Source of the DNA: Fastidiosibacter lacustris
GTDB lineage: Bacteria; Pseudomonadota; Gammaproteobacteria; Francisellales; Francisellaceae
Reading direction: 5' to 3'
NCBI RefSeq assembly: GCF_003428155.1
Contig: NZ_QLIR01000002.1
Coordinates: 215,182 to 247,181 of the forward strand
Length of the DNA stretch: 32,000 nucleotides
In this document: positions 10,127 to 19,149 of the stretch, one piece after another
Layout: each line of letters begins with the position of its first letter
Position numbering within the stretch: position 1 is the stretch's first letter
Notes under the pieces: model-generated
What the model saw: the letters and a program-made list of their open reading frames with translations, nothing else
Databases searched by the model: none
What the model was told of the DNA's origin: nothing
Program-made: the position numbers and the translations under genes

Positions 10127-11548
10127 TTAATGCAAGTTTAATTTATAAAGGATGTGATCATAACGGTTACCGCTCACTTGCTGGTGATTTGGCAAAAGCA
10201 TGTCAAACTGAAAACCCAAGCGCTTAGCTACTTTTTGACTTCTTTTGTTTTCAACTGCGCAACTTATCGATACGTCTAATAAATCAAACGCATGAAATCC
10301 GTAATCAATCAATGCTTTAACAGATTTTGTCATAATTCCTAATCCAAGATAATCTTGAGCTAACCAATAACCAATTTCAGCACTTTTAGTTTGTTGGTGG
10401 ATAGAATTAAAACTCACTATCCCGATAAGCTTATTTTCAATAAAAATACCTAAAATTAAGCTTTTCTGCTCCAAGAATCCCTGATGGGTAAAATAGATAA
10501 AATCGACCGCATCTTGCAGTTGCATCAGTACATTTGCCCATTCAAACCACATCTGTAGATGGTTTTGATTGTATAACTTTAATTGATGTAAGCTTTCTGC
10601 ATCACATGGTCGCAATAACCTAAGCTTAATAACACCATCCACAGGAATAATAAGCTTTTCTAATCTTTCCAATTGTTGGTAAATTACTTGCGTAACAGGT
10701 ACCTTGATATTTTTCTTTTTGGCCATTTCAATGAAGTTATGGTAAATACTGCCAAGTTCCATTGGTTTGCCTTCATTATAGTCATACCACATACTAAAGT
10801 AAGCTCCTCTATATTCAGATCTGGTCAATGCATGGATAAGGTTATTTATCTTGTCCGTTGATAAGAAAACGTTATAGGCTTTCGCAACCTCAATGACTTC
10901 ATTGCCAACATCGGTTATTATCTTAACTGTTTTTATGTCTTTTGCCATGCTGGGCATGTCTTGCTGAGATATGACTGATACACCGTTACAAGAAGCACTA
11001 ATCAATAATTTTTGAAAGCGTAAATCCAGCACACTTTTTTCTTTAATAACTTCATCAAATATATACTTTAACACATATTCAATGTGCGTATTTTCACAAT
11101 TAGTGCAAAACGCATAATTTAAGTTAGACAAATGATTATGCCATGTGATCACATTAGCATGTTTACTGACTTTAATGTGACTAATTGCCCCAATTATAAC
11201 ATTACTCTTATGAATTAAACTTAATAATTTTTCCTCTTCACCAATTCCATTTTGGATCATTACAATAGTTTTATTTTTGAGCTGCGCTAACTGGCTAAAA
11301 ACAACATCATTTGCCGTTGATTTTGTACAAATAAAAATGACCTCTCCATTTATTTCTGCAACGTTTGTTACAATGTCATCGAAATTTGCATAAGCCTCTA
11401 TATTACCAACAATTTTCAAATTTATAGAAATATGATTTTGACTCATTTCTTTAAATACTAGTTGCACAGGAATACCTGCGCATTTTAATTTCACTGCAAT
11501 AAACCCACCCACTGCGCCTACGCCAATAATGCTGACTTTCATGTGCAC
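10127..11548 (-). CDS. Fusion: ketopantoate reductase (ApbA/PanE)-like oxidoreductase + RimJ/RimL-type GNAT acetyltransferase
   Basis: 473 aa. N-terminal Rossmann 'MKVSIIGVGAVGGFIAVKLKCAGIPV', 'MIQNGIG', C-terminal reductase part 'GKPMELGSIYHNFIEMAKKKNIKVPVT'. Then 'VIKLRLLRPCDAESLHQLKLYNQNHLQMWFEW' and 'AEIGYWLAQDYLGLGIMTKSVKALIDYGF...NKRSQKVAKRLGFQF' (GNAT). Confidence 0.83.
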   Translation of the reverse strand: MHMKVSIIGVGAVGGFIAVKLKCAGIPVQLVFKEMSQNHISINLKIVGNIEAYANFDDIVTNVAEINGEVIFICTKSTANDVVFSQLAQLKNKTIVMIQNGIGEEEKLLSLIHKSNVIIGAISHIKVSKHANVITWHNHLSNLNYAFCTNCENTHIEYVLKYIFDEVIKEKSVLDLRFQKLLISASCNGVSVISQQDMPSMAKDIKTVKIITDVGNEVIEVAKAYNVFLSTDKINNLIHALTRSEYRGAYFSMWYDYNEGKPMELGSIYHNFIEMAKKKNIKVPVTQVIYQQLERLEKLIIPVDGVIKLRLLRPCDAESLHQLKLYNQNHLQMWFEWANVLMQLQDAVDFIYFTHQGFLEQKSLILGIFIENKLIGIVSFNSIHQQTKSAEIGYWLAQDYLGLGIMTKSVKALIDYGFHAFDLLDVSISCAVENKRSQKVAKRLGFQFDMLLPNHQQVSGNRYDHILYKLNLH

Positions 11549-11613
11549 TTCTTCCTGGTTATGCTCAATTTATGTTATATTGCCATGATATTAATAAAAT
11601 AAGAATTACGTTT

Positions 11614-12153
11614 ATGCCAATTCGAAGCTTTAATGAGATTACGCCCAAAATTGATAATAGTGCCTTTATTGACCCTATGGCAACTGTAACCGGTGATGTA
11701 ATTATTGGTAAACACAGTTCCATATGGACAAATGTTAGTATTCGAGGAGATTTACTGAACATTACCATAGGCAATAAAAGCAATGTTCAAGATAATAGCA
11801 GCATTCATACCACACAGTTCTTTGATCGCCCTGGGTGTGGCTTTGATGTGAAAATTGGTGATGAAGTCACCATTGGGCATGGTGCGATTATTCATGGCTG
11901 CCATATTGGCAATCAAGTCTTAATTGGCATGGGAGCAATTATATTAGATGGCGCTATTATCGAAGATGAGGTTATTATTGGTGCAGGTGCTGTCGTTTCT
12001 CCTGGCAAAAAACTAGAATCAGGTTTTTTATATATAGGTGCTCCAGCTAGACAGGTGCGCCCATTAAAAGAAAGTGAGAAACAATATATTCGTGCAAATG
12101 CTCAAAATTATTGCGAAATTATGCAACAGCATAAAAAAGGATTAAACCAGTAA
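11614..12153 (+). CDS. Gamma-class carbonic anhydrase family protein (YrdA/PaaY-like, left-handed beta-helix)
   Basis: Hexapeptide repeats and conserved His residues: 'SIWTNVSIRGDLLNITIGNKSNVQDNSSIHTT', 'IGHGAIIHGCHIGNQVLIGMGAIILDGAII'. ORF track starts at 11572; internal ATG 11614 (MPIRSFNEITPKID) fits the family start. Confidence 0.88.
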   Translation: MPIRSFNEITPKIDNSAFIDPMATVTGDVIIGKHSSIWTNVSIRGDLLNITIGNKSNVQDNSSIHTTQFFDRPGCGFDVKIGDEVTIGHGAIIHGCHIGNQVLIGMGAIILDGAIIEDEVIIGAGAVVSPGKKLESGFLYIGAPARQVRPLKESEKQYIRANAQNYCEIMQQHKKGLNQ

Positions 12154-12298
12154 TATGTCTATTTTCACTCACACCTTACAGCTTATTGAATCAAAATATA
12201 TATCTCTTTTGGGCTTTCCCTACGAAAAGCGAATGAATAAAAATATGTGGCAAAATTCAACTTGTCAAAAACACACAAAATGCAAGGCGAGCAAGTCT

Positions 12299-12958
12299 GT
12301 GAAATGGTCTATCGGTGTATATGCCTTGCGAAACTTAAGTTATTTTATTAGCGTTAGTTTTATGGCTATTTTTATTAGTTCTTGTACGACTATCAGCATA
12401 CCTAAATCACCATTATTGACAAGTCAAAACCCAGAAAGCCAATGGCAAAACTATCAAAGAATCTTAACCACTCTAACCACTTGGCAAGTTTCTGGTGTGG
12501 TTGGTGTTGTAATGAATCAAAAAGGTGAATCTGCCAATTTTATTTGGAAACAAAACAAAAATTCTTTCTGGATCCAAATTTATGGTCCGCTTGGCTTAGG
12601 TGCAACAACGTTTGAAGGAGATACTAATACTCAAGAAGTAACTTTAAAGCGTAGTAATGGTGAAACTGTTAAAGCTAAAAGCTTACAAATATTAATGCAA
12701 TCTCAATTAGGTTGGAGCATCCCTATTGCTGGGCTTTACTACTGGGTACGTGGTTTATACATCCCTAATGCTGCACATATACTTACACTTAATGAATATG
12801 GATTAATCCAAAATTTACACCAACAAGGCTGGATGATTGATTACAGTCGTTATATGTTATTTGCCCATAAATATCCACTTGCTGAAAAAATGATATTTCG
12901 TTATGGTGAGGACTTAAAAATTACCTTGATTATTAAAATATGGCAACTCAATCCTTAA
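12299..12958 (+). CDS. lolB: Outer-membrane lipoprotein LolB
   Basis: Lipobox-like 'MAIFISSCTT'; 'YQRILTTLTTWQVSGVVGVVMNQKGESANFIWKQNKNSFWIQIYGPLGLGATTFEG'; immediately upstream of ispE. GTG 12299 preceded by AAGGCGAG gives a normal signal peptide; the ORF track's start at 12155 would add an atypical 48-aa extension, so the start is uncertain. Confidence 0.83.
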   Translation: MKWSIGVYALRNLSYFISVSFMAIFISSCTTISIPKSPLLTSQNPESQWQNYQRILTTLTTWQVSGVVGVVMNQKGESANFIWKQNKNSFWIQIYGPLGLGATTFEGDTNTQEVTLKRSNGETVKAKSLQILMQSQLGWSIPIAGLYYWVRGLYIPNAAHILTLNEYGLIQNLHQQGWMIDYSRYMLFAHKYPLAEKMIFRYGEDLKITLIIKIWQLNP

Positions 12959-13776
12959 TTTATCCTTCATTTGCTAAAATAAATCTATTTTTACACATTA
13001 CAGGTAAGCGTCACGATGGTTACCATGATCTGCAAACGTGGTTTCAATTTATCGATTTAAAAGACTATTTGCATTTTACACCACGCCAAGACAATGAGAT
13101 CTCGATTTTAAGCAACATTAAAATCACAGAGCTCTATAACAATTTAGTTTATAAGGCTTCAAATGCACTCAAAGCCTTTGCTCAGAATCCAATTGGTTTT
13201 GACATTTTTATTGAAAAGAATATTCCACTAGGGGCTGGTCTTGGCGGTGGCAGCAGTAATGCTGCTACCACCCTTATTGCACTTAACACACTGTGGCAAT
13301 GCAATTTATCAAATGAAATGCTCCATGCAATTGGTGTCAAGCTTGGTGCCGATGTTCCTATATTTTTATTCCAAAAAGCAGCTTGGGCAGAAGGCATAGG
13401 TGAATTACTTACTGAGAAACCCTATATTGAACAATATGCTTTGATTATAAAACCCAATTTTCATGCCTCAACTGCTAAACTTTTTAATCACCCAAGTCTC
13501 AATAAACATAAGCCACTATTAGATAAAAATGCTGAAATAGACTTGTCGCAACAAGAAAATGTATTTTTAATCGCTATATCGAACCTCTATCCAGATGTTT
13601 GCCAAGAGTTAAATAAATTGCCTGATGCTAATCAACTAAAGCTGACAGGAACAGGTGCTTGTTTTTACCTATTGAATCCAGATCTTGATCGCCTTTTACA
13701 AAATAAGAAAAACTTAAAAAAAGATATTGACAGTTGGATAGTTAAGACATTAAACTTTGCTCCTGTCGAAAGATGA
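12940..13776 (+). CDS. ispE: 4-(cytidine 5'-diphospho)-2-C-methyl-D-erythritol kinase
   Basis: 278 aa; 'SFAKINLFLHITGKRHDGYHDLQTWFQFID', 'GAGLGGGSSNAATTLIALNTLW', 'LTGTGACFYLL'. Overlaps lolB by 19 bp. Confidence 0.94.
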   Translation: MATQSLIYPSFAKINLFLHITGKRHDGYHDLQTWFQFIDLKDYLHFTPRQDNEISILSNIKITELYNNLVYKASNALKAFAQNPIGFDIFIEKNIPLGAGLGGGSSNAATTLIALNTLWQCNLSNEMLHAIGVKLGADVPIFLFQKAAWAEGIGELLTEKPYIEQYALIIKPNFHASTAKLFNHPSLNKHKPLLDKNAEIDLSQQENVFLIAISNLYPDVCQELNKLPDANQLKLTGTGACFYLLNPDLDRLLQNKKNLKKDIDSWIVKTLNFAPVER

Positions 13777-13811
13777 CAACCCTTGAAGTTAAAGGGTTTT
13801 ATCGTCAAGAT

Positions 13812-13886
13812 TGGGCTGTCGCCAAGCGGTAAGGCAACGGGTTTTGATCCCGTCATACCTAGGTTCGAATCCTAGCAGCCCAGCCA
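13812..13886 (+). tRNA. tRNA-Gln(TTG)
   Basis: TGGGCTG (13812-13818) pairs with CAGCCCA (13876-13882); anticodon arm ACGGG-TTTTGAT-CCCGT (anticodon TTG); T arm CCTAG-GTTCGAAT-CCTAG; encoded CCA. Confidence 0.95.
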
Positions 13887-14196
13887 TAAACTCCTATAAT
13901 ACTCCTTATATTTCGGGTTACAGTTAGAGATGTAAAATAAGTCTAAAAAATGTCTCTTTTTACTGTTTAGTGATCTTGATATTTGAGAGTTCTTGCAAGT
14001 AGACAAGATTGATCAAAGGTTTTAATATAAACTGATAGACTTAAGTTATTTTTGAGACATTACTAAGCTTTAAATTAAATTATGTAATGTTGAAATTTTA
14101 AGTTTTTATTAAGCTTTAGCTTTTAATTTTGTGTTGTCTTTGTTCACTTATCTTGAGTGAATTTATTTAACTTCAACTTAAAAATGAGGAAAAGCA

Positions 14197-14802
14197 ATGA
14201 AAAAATTAGTATTAGTATTAGGTTTAGCTGCTGCTTCAACAACTATTTTTGCAACTGGTTATCAGGTCTATAGTGAACCAAATAAAAATTCACAAGTTAT
14301 TTCTCAATTAACAGACCAAAACCAAAATCAATATATCCAATTTTACCAGCAAGATGACTGGGTGAAGGTAGCAAATACTCAAACAGGAGCAGTTGGCTGG
14401 GTAGATACGGCAAAAATGCAACAATCACAAGCTAAATATCAAAATGCTATTAATGCATTAACTGCTGAGCAAAAGCAACTTGAAGCGCAACGACAATTAT
14501 TTGAGCAAAACTATCAACAAGCCGTTTCTCATTTGCAACAAAAAGTGCAACGATTACAGCAACAAATGAATGCAAAAACTGAGCAACCAATTCCAAATGT
14601 GCAAGTAAACGATCAACCTGTAGTACAGAATCAAACCCAAACAAATATTCAACGTTCATTTAATGCGATAAGTATAAAAACGAATTCAGACGGAAAAACA
14701 GCGACAGTGACAAAAGAATGGTTAGGGAATGATGGTAAAATTCATAAGGAAACTAAACAAGTTACTTTAAGTGACTTACAAAATACATCTTTGAATTTCT
14801 GA
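14197..14802 (+). CDS. Periplasmic bacterial SH3-domain protein with Gln-rich coiled coil
   Basis: 201 aa; signal peptide 'MKKLVLVLGLAAASTTIFA', SH3b-like 'YSEPNKNSQVISQLTDQ...WVKVANTQTGAVGWV', then Q-rich heptads. RBS AGGAAAAGC upstream. Confidence 0.65.
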   Translation: MKKLVLVLGLAAASTTIFATGYQVYSEPNKNSQVISQLTDQNQNQYIQFYQQDDWVKVANTQTGAVGWVDTAKMQQSQAKYQNAINALTAEQKQLEAQRQLFEQNYQQAVSHLQQKVQRLQQQMNAKTEQPIPNVQVNDQPVVQNQTQTNIQRSFNAISIKTNSDGKTATVTKEWLGNDGKIHKETKQVTLSDLQNTSLNF

Positions 14803-14837
14803 GTTTTGACAATATCTGACAAAGTCAATTTTAAGGA

Positions 14838-16034
14838 TCAATTTTTAATGTTTCTATTGAGTTGAATGCGATGAGTTAGAATAATGCTGACAAGCGCGCA
14901 TATTGCCAATGTGGATAAAATAATAGACAGTGGTAATTGACTTTTTAGTGGTATAAAAGCAGCAAGAGCAGTTAAGATTCCAGCACCTAAATTTTGTGTA
15001 CCTCCTAAAACTGCTCCTGCCGTTCCTGCAATATTGGGAAACGCTTCTAATGCCTTAGTTGTTGCAGTTGGAAAAATAATGCCACAGCCTAGAAAATAAA
15101 TGCAACCAGGTAAAATAATACCTAAGCTTGTGATCCCAACTAAGTAATAAGATAAAATCATAGTAATTCCACTTATGAATAAAGTAACACAGCCAATCAG
15201 TAACAAATGATCTAAGCTATATACGCGAGCAAGTCTAGCTGAAAGAAAGCTACCAAACATATAAAATGGTAAAGGAATAATAAACAACAAACTTGTGATT
15301 GCTGGAGAAAATTGCAAAATAGAAGTAAAAAGTGCACCAGAGCTCACTTCAAATATGGCGATACCACTATTAGCAACAATCAAAAGAATCAGATTTATGA
15401 TAAAGTTGGAATTGCAAAACACAAGTTTATATTTAGAAAATACATTTCCACGGGCAGATCTTTGTAAGTTTGTTTCAGGGAAGAAAGCCCACTGGATAAT
15501 AAAGAGCAAGATCCCATAAATACTTAAGAATACGAAAATTGCACGCCAACTATGTAGATCGGAAAATAAACCACCTAGTAAAGGTGCGATAAGTGGTGAA
15601 AAAATAAGTGCAATTGCCATAATGCTATTTGCACTATGTAGCTTTAATCCAGAGTACAAATCACGCATCACTGTCCTTACCATGACACCAGCAACTGCTG
15701 TACCACTACCCTGTAGAAAGCTTGCACATAAGAGTGTTACAAAATGTGTTGAGAATATTGCTAAGGTGGAACCCAACGTAAAAAAGATGATCCCAACTAA
15801 AATCATAGGTCTACGACCAAAGCGATCAGAGTAAGGACCGTAAACAAACTGTAATAAGCCATAAGGGAAAAGGTAACAAGCAATAACTGCCTGCATTCTA
15901 CCTACACTTACTGAAAAATCATGTGCCATTTGGGTCATTGCAGGAACGTATATAGTGTTTGTCATTTGTCCCGCAGCTGTCAAAATAATAATCAAACTTA
16001 AAATTCGGTAGAAATTACGATCAAAGGTTGCCAT
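14838..16034 (-). CDS. MFS drug:H+ antiporter, Bcr/CflA (EmrD-like) family
   Basis: 398 aa; 'MTNTIYVPAMTQMAHDFSVS', 'QFVYGPYSDRFGRRPMILVG', 'FLQGSGTAVAGVMVRTVMRDLYSG', 'SPLIAPLLGGLF'. Confidence 0.88.
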   Translation of the reverse strand: MATFDRNFYRILSLIIILTAAGQMTNTIYVPAMTQMAHDFSVSVGRMQAVIACYLFPYGLLQFVYGPYSDRFGRRPMILVGIIFFTLGSTLAIFSTHFVTLLCASFLQGSGTAVAGVMVRTVMRDLYSGLKLHSANSIMAIALIFSPLIAPLLGGLFSDLHSWRAIFVFLSIYGILLFIIQWAFFPETNLQRSARGNVFSKYKLVFCNSNFIINLILLIVANSGIAIFEVSSGALFTSILQFSPAITSLLFIIPLPFYMFGSFLSARLARVYSLDHLLLIGCVTLFISGITMILSYYLVGITSLGIILPGCIYFLGCGIIFPTATTKALEAFPNIAGTAGAVLGGTQNLGAGILTALAAFIPLKSQLPLSIILSTLAICALVSIILTHRIQLNRNIKN

Positions 16035-16349
16035 AGTAGCATCTGAATTAAGTGGCTCATAAATTTGTTGTCATAATATCCTAAAATAAGAAAAATAAAA
16101 GTATTGTAATTGTTATTTTGGGGTAACCTTAACTGAATAGACTCCTTATCTGTATATGTATTGCCTGAAGCAATATCTAGGCTTAAAAGCCTTATAAACT
16201 CAATTCCTGATCATCAGCTGTTATTAGACGGCAAACTAATAGCCCTATGAGATTAGTGAAATGCAAAAAGTAGAAGATTTGTACCCAACTCTTTCGAGAT
16301 AGAACTATAAAAATGAATTATTATCTTTGATAATTTGGAGAAATTGCAT

Positions 16350-16472
16350 ATGGGAGTGGGAATTATAATTTGTGTAGCATTAGCTATATTGCATCACAAT
16401 TCGTTTAATGCTGAAAAGGCTGATATATCAAAAATAAATAATTTTGTGACAGACTGTAGGGTTCAAAGCTAA
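16350..16472 (+). CDS. Candidate small membrane/secreted peptide (40 aa), not in the ORF track
   Basis: MGVGIIICVALAILHHNSFNAEKADISKINNFVTDCRVQS*; hydrophobic N-terminus then polar tail; GGAG 11 bp upstream of the ATG. No homology claimed. Confidence 0.3.
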   Translation: MGVGIIICVALAILHHNSFNAEKADISKINNFVTDCRVQS

Positions 16473-16540
16473 AAAGGCTGTAAATAAGTATATGATATGT
16501 ATATACTGCCAAGCCAAAGAGACAAGCAAGCTTTTACATT

Positions 16541-17329
16541 ATGTTACTTACTTTAGACGTTGGCAATTCACATATCCATGCAGGAGTTTTTAACCAAGAT
16601 GAGTTGGTTTTGCAGTTTCGTTATACTACTGCATCTGCGCATGGTAGTTCAGATCAAATTGGTATTTTCTTGCGCCAAGCGTTGCATGAAAATAAAATTA
16701 ACTCTAAGACGATTACAGGAGTAGCTGTGGCTTCAGTTGTGCCTGCAATTAATTATTCTTTGCGTTCTGCAGTTTTAAAATATTTTGACCTTGAACCTTT
16801 TTTTCTACAACCAGGTGTGAAAACAGGTTTAAAAATGCAAGTAGCAACGCCAAAGGAAGTTGGTGCAGACAGAATTGCCGGCTGTATAGCGGCAGTGCAA
16901 TTATTTCCAAATACAGATATTTTGGTTATAGATTTGGGAACAGCTACCGTATTTGACGTTGTGCGTAAAGATAAGACATATTTGAGTGGGGCTATTTTGC
17001 CAGGCGTGCGAGTTTCTTTAGATGCACTAAGTGCAAGTGCAGCACAACTTTCATCAGTGAGTATTGTAAAACCACAGATAGTAATTGGTAAAGATACTGA
17101 TACTAATTTGCAATCAGGCATATATTATGGACATCTAGGTGCGTTAAAAGAGCTTAAATCAGCGATGATTAATGAGATTAATGTAGAGGCAAATGAAGTT
17201 GTTACAATTGCAACGGGTGGTTTTTCACAGTTGTTTAACGTTAAAGGATTGTTTGATATGATCGTGCCAGATCTGGTTTTACAAGGTATTAAAATAGCCT
17301 TTGATAAAAATAAAATACAAGAGAAATAA
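16541..17329 (+). CDS. coaX: Type III pantothenate kinase
   Basis: 262 aa; 'MLLTLDVGNSHIHAGVF', 'GADRIAGCIAAVQLFPNTDILVIDLGTATVFDVV', 'GAILPGVRVSLDALSASAAQL'. Confidence 0.94.
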   Translation: MLLTLDVGNSHIHAGVFNQDELVLQFRYTTASAHGSSDQIGIFLRQALHENKINSKTITGVAVASVVPAINYSLRSAVLKYFDLEPFFLQPGVKTGLKMQVATPKEVGADRIAGCIAAVQLFPNTDILVIDLGTATVFDVVRKDKTYLSGAILPGVRVSLDALSASAAQLSSVSIVKPQIVIGKDTDTNLQSGIYYGHLGALKELKSAMINEINVEANEVVTIATGGFSQLFNVKGLFDMIVPDLVLQGIKIAFDKNKIQEK

Positions 17330-17333
17330 ATAA

Positions 17334-17906
17334 ATGCGACCAACTAGGGAACAAGCAGAACAAGCAATAAAAACGTTATTAGAATATATAGGTGAAAATC
17401 CAAATCGCGAAGGGCTAATTGATACACCTAAGCGCGTCATAAAATCGTATGATGAGTTTTTTAAAGGGTATTCAGAAGAGCCAGAAGAAATTTTAGCAAA
17501 AACCTTTGAGGATGTTGAAGGTTATGATGAGATTGTATTGTTAAAAAACATGCGTTTAGAATCGTATTGCGAACATCATATGGTCCCGATTGTCGGCAAG
17601 GCTCATGTTGCTTATTTACCTAATGGTAAAGTCGTGGGAATTAGCAAAATTGCACGTGTAGTAGACGTGTATTCAAAACGGTTACAAACCCAAGAGCGCT
17701 TAACGATGCAAATTGCTTTAGCGATTGAGAAAGCCTTAATTCCCAAAGGGGTTGCTGTCATCATTGACTCTATGCACCAATGTATGACAACACGAGGCGT
17801 ACGTAAGTCTGAAACCTCAACGGTTACAAGTTGCATGCGTGGCATTTTTAGGCGTGATGAAAAAAGTAGAAGTGAATTGATGTTACTTATTTCAGGGTTA
17901 AATTAA
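17334..17906 (+). CDS. folE: GTP cyclohydrolase I
   Basis: 190 aa; 'NPNREGLIDTPKRVIKSYDEFFKGY', 'ESYCEHHMVPIVGKAHVAYLPNGKVVGISKIARVVD', 'DSMHQCMTTRGVRK'. Confidence 0.96.
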   Translation: MRPTREQAEQAIKTLLEYIGENPNREGLIDTPKRVIKSYDEFFKGYSEEPEEILAKTFEDVEGYDEIVLLKNMRLESYCEHHMVPIVGKAHVAYLPNGKVVGISKIARVVDVYSKRLQTQERLTMQIALAIEKALIPKGVAVIIDSMHQCMTTRGVRKSETSTVTSCMRGIFRRDEKSRSELMLLISGLN

Positions 17907-17997
17907 GATTCCAAATTAACCATAAAGCTATAAAAAAGCTTGGTTTAATGTGTATTATTTATATAATAATTGAATCATAAATTCACCTAATCATGTA

Positions 17998-18570
17998 ATG
18001 AAAAAGTTGCTGATACTCTTAGTGTGCTATTGCCTTGTAGGATGCGCTAGTACACATGAAATTATCACAAGCTCAATGCAAAAAACAGTTGCGGCTCCAA
18101 TAAATGATGTTCATTATGTAGATAAATTAGTAAAATTACCTAAAAATGCGACAGCTTACCTTGCTTACCCTAATAATGGATATGATGATTTGCATAGCTA
18201 TCCACAAAGTGGTAAAAAAGCAATTAATGTGATTAATCAAAGTTTTAAATCTTATTTTAGAGAGCTACATTGCGCTAAAGATTTCAGATCCGCACAGTTT
18301 GAATATTTGGCAGCTAGAGAAAAAAATTACGACTATTTTATTTTGCCGCGTATTACTAAGTGGACAGATAGCTATACACTATTTACAGGAATAGCAGATG
18401 AAGTAGTAATGAATTTAAAGATTTATGATTTAAAAACAAACACACTCATCAATGAGATAAGAATCAACAGTCAAAGCTCAAAAGTACCAGGTTTTGAAAA
18501 ATCACCATCAGAGTTGTTACAAGAACCACTATCGGCAATTGCGAGTCATTTATTTATAGATGAGATGTAG
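17998..18570 (+). CDS. Putative lipoprotein, DUF4823-like
   Basis: 190 aa; lipobox 'MKKLLILLVCYCLVGCAS'; 'NYDYFILPRITKWTDSYTLFTGIADEVVMNLKIYD'. Confidence 0.65.
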   Translation: MKKLLILLVCYCLVGCASTHEIITSSMQKTVAAPINDVHYVDKLVKLPKNATAYLAYPNNGYDDLHSYPQSGKKAINVINQSFKSYFRELHCAKDFRSAQFEYLAAREKNYDYFILPRITKWTDSYTLFTGIADEVVMNLKIYDLKTNTLINEIRINSQSSKVPGFEKSPSELLQEPLSAIASHLFIDEM

Positions 18571-18579
18571 GTTATAAGC

Positions 18580-19101
18580 ATGGATAAAGAAAGACTCACC
18601 GAAGCTTATGCAATTTTACCAATGGAATTTACTGAGAATCACGAACTTCCCTTTTTTGATGAATGTGATTTACACGATTTAATTGATGCTGGTGAAGACG
18701 TTTTTAAACGTAAGGTTATGATGACTAAAGAAACATATCACGCTTGGCAGATGATGCAAAAAATTGCGCAACGTGAAGGCGTGTCATTACTGATTGTGTC
18801 AGCATTTCGAAGCTATACCTATCAGGCTAAGATTATTGCCAATAAGTTAGCAAAAGGACTGTCATTAAATGAGATCTTAAAAGTTTCTGCTTTACCTGGA
18901 TTTAGTGAGCATCACACAGGAAGAGCTCTTGATTTAACCACTGATGATGAAAAGCAAGTTTTAACACAAGCCTTTGAGAATACAAAAGCGTTTCAGTGGC
19001 TTACACAAAATGCACATAAATTTAACTTTTATCTTAGTTATTCACGGAATAATAGTTATGGCTTTATTTATGAACCCTGGCATTGGTGTTATAAATCCTA
19101 G
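18580..19101 (+). CDS. VanY/LdcB-type D,D- or L,D-carboxypeptidase domain protein
   Basis: 173 aa; 'SAFRSYTYQAKII', 'PGFSEHHTGRALDLTT', C-terminal 'YGFIYEPWHWCY' (Zn-ligand motifs). No evident signal peptide. Confidence 0.85.
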   Translation: MDKERLTEAYAILPMEFTENHELPFFDECDLHDLIDAGEDVFKRKVMMTKETYHAWQMMQKIAQREGVSLLIVSAFRSYTYQAKIIANKLAKGLSLNEILKVSALPGFSEHHTGRALDLTTDDEKQVLTQAFENTKAFQWLTQNAHKFNFYLSYSRNNSYGFIYEPWHWCYKS

Positions 19102-19149
19102 TACGGTTATGTTATGCTTTTTATTCCTATAACAAAATTCTAAATCAAC

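Noticed and set aside
10673-11783. ORFs 10673..10861 (+) and 11565..11783 (-)
   Set aside because: Antisense to the PanE-like/GNAT gene and the gamma carbonic anhydrase gene; no motif support.
13182-13856. ORFs 13182..13397 (-) and 13665..13856 (-)
   Set aside because: Antisense to ispE; the second also runs through the confident tRNA-Gln gene.
14450-15834. ORFs 14450..14659 (-), 15295..15519 (+), 15622..15834 (+)
   Set aside because: Embedded antisense in the SH3b protein and MFS genes; no family signature.
16753-17845. ORFs 16753..17121, 17125..17343 and 17612..17845 (all -)
   Set aside because: Antisense to coaX and folE, which have unmistakable motifs.
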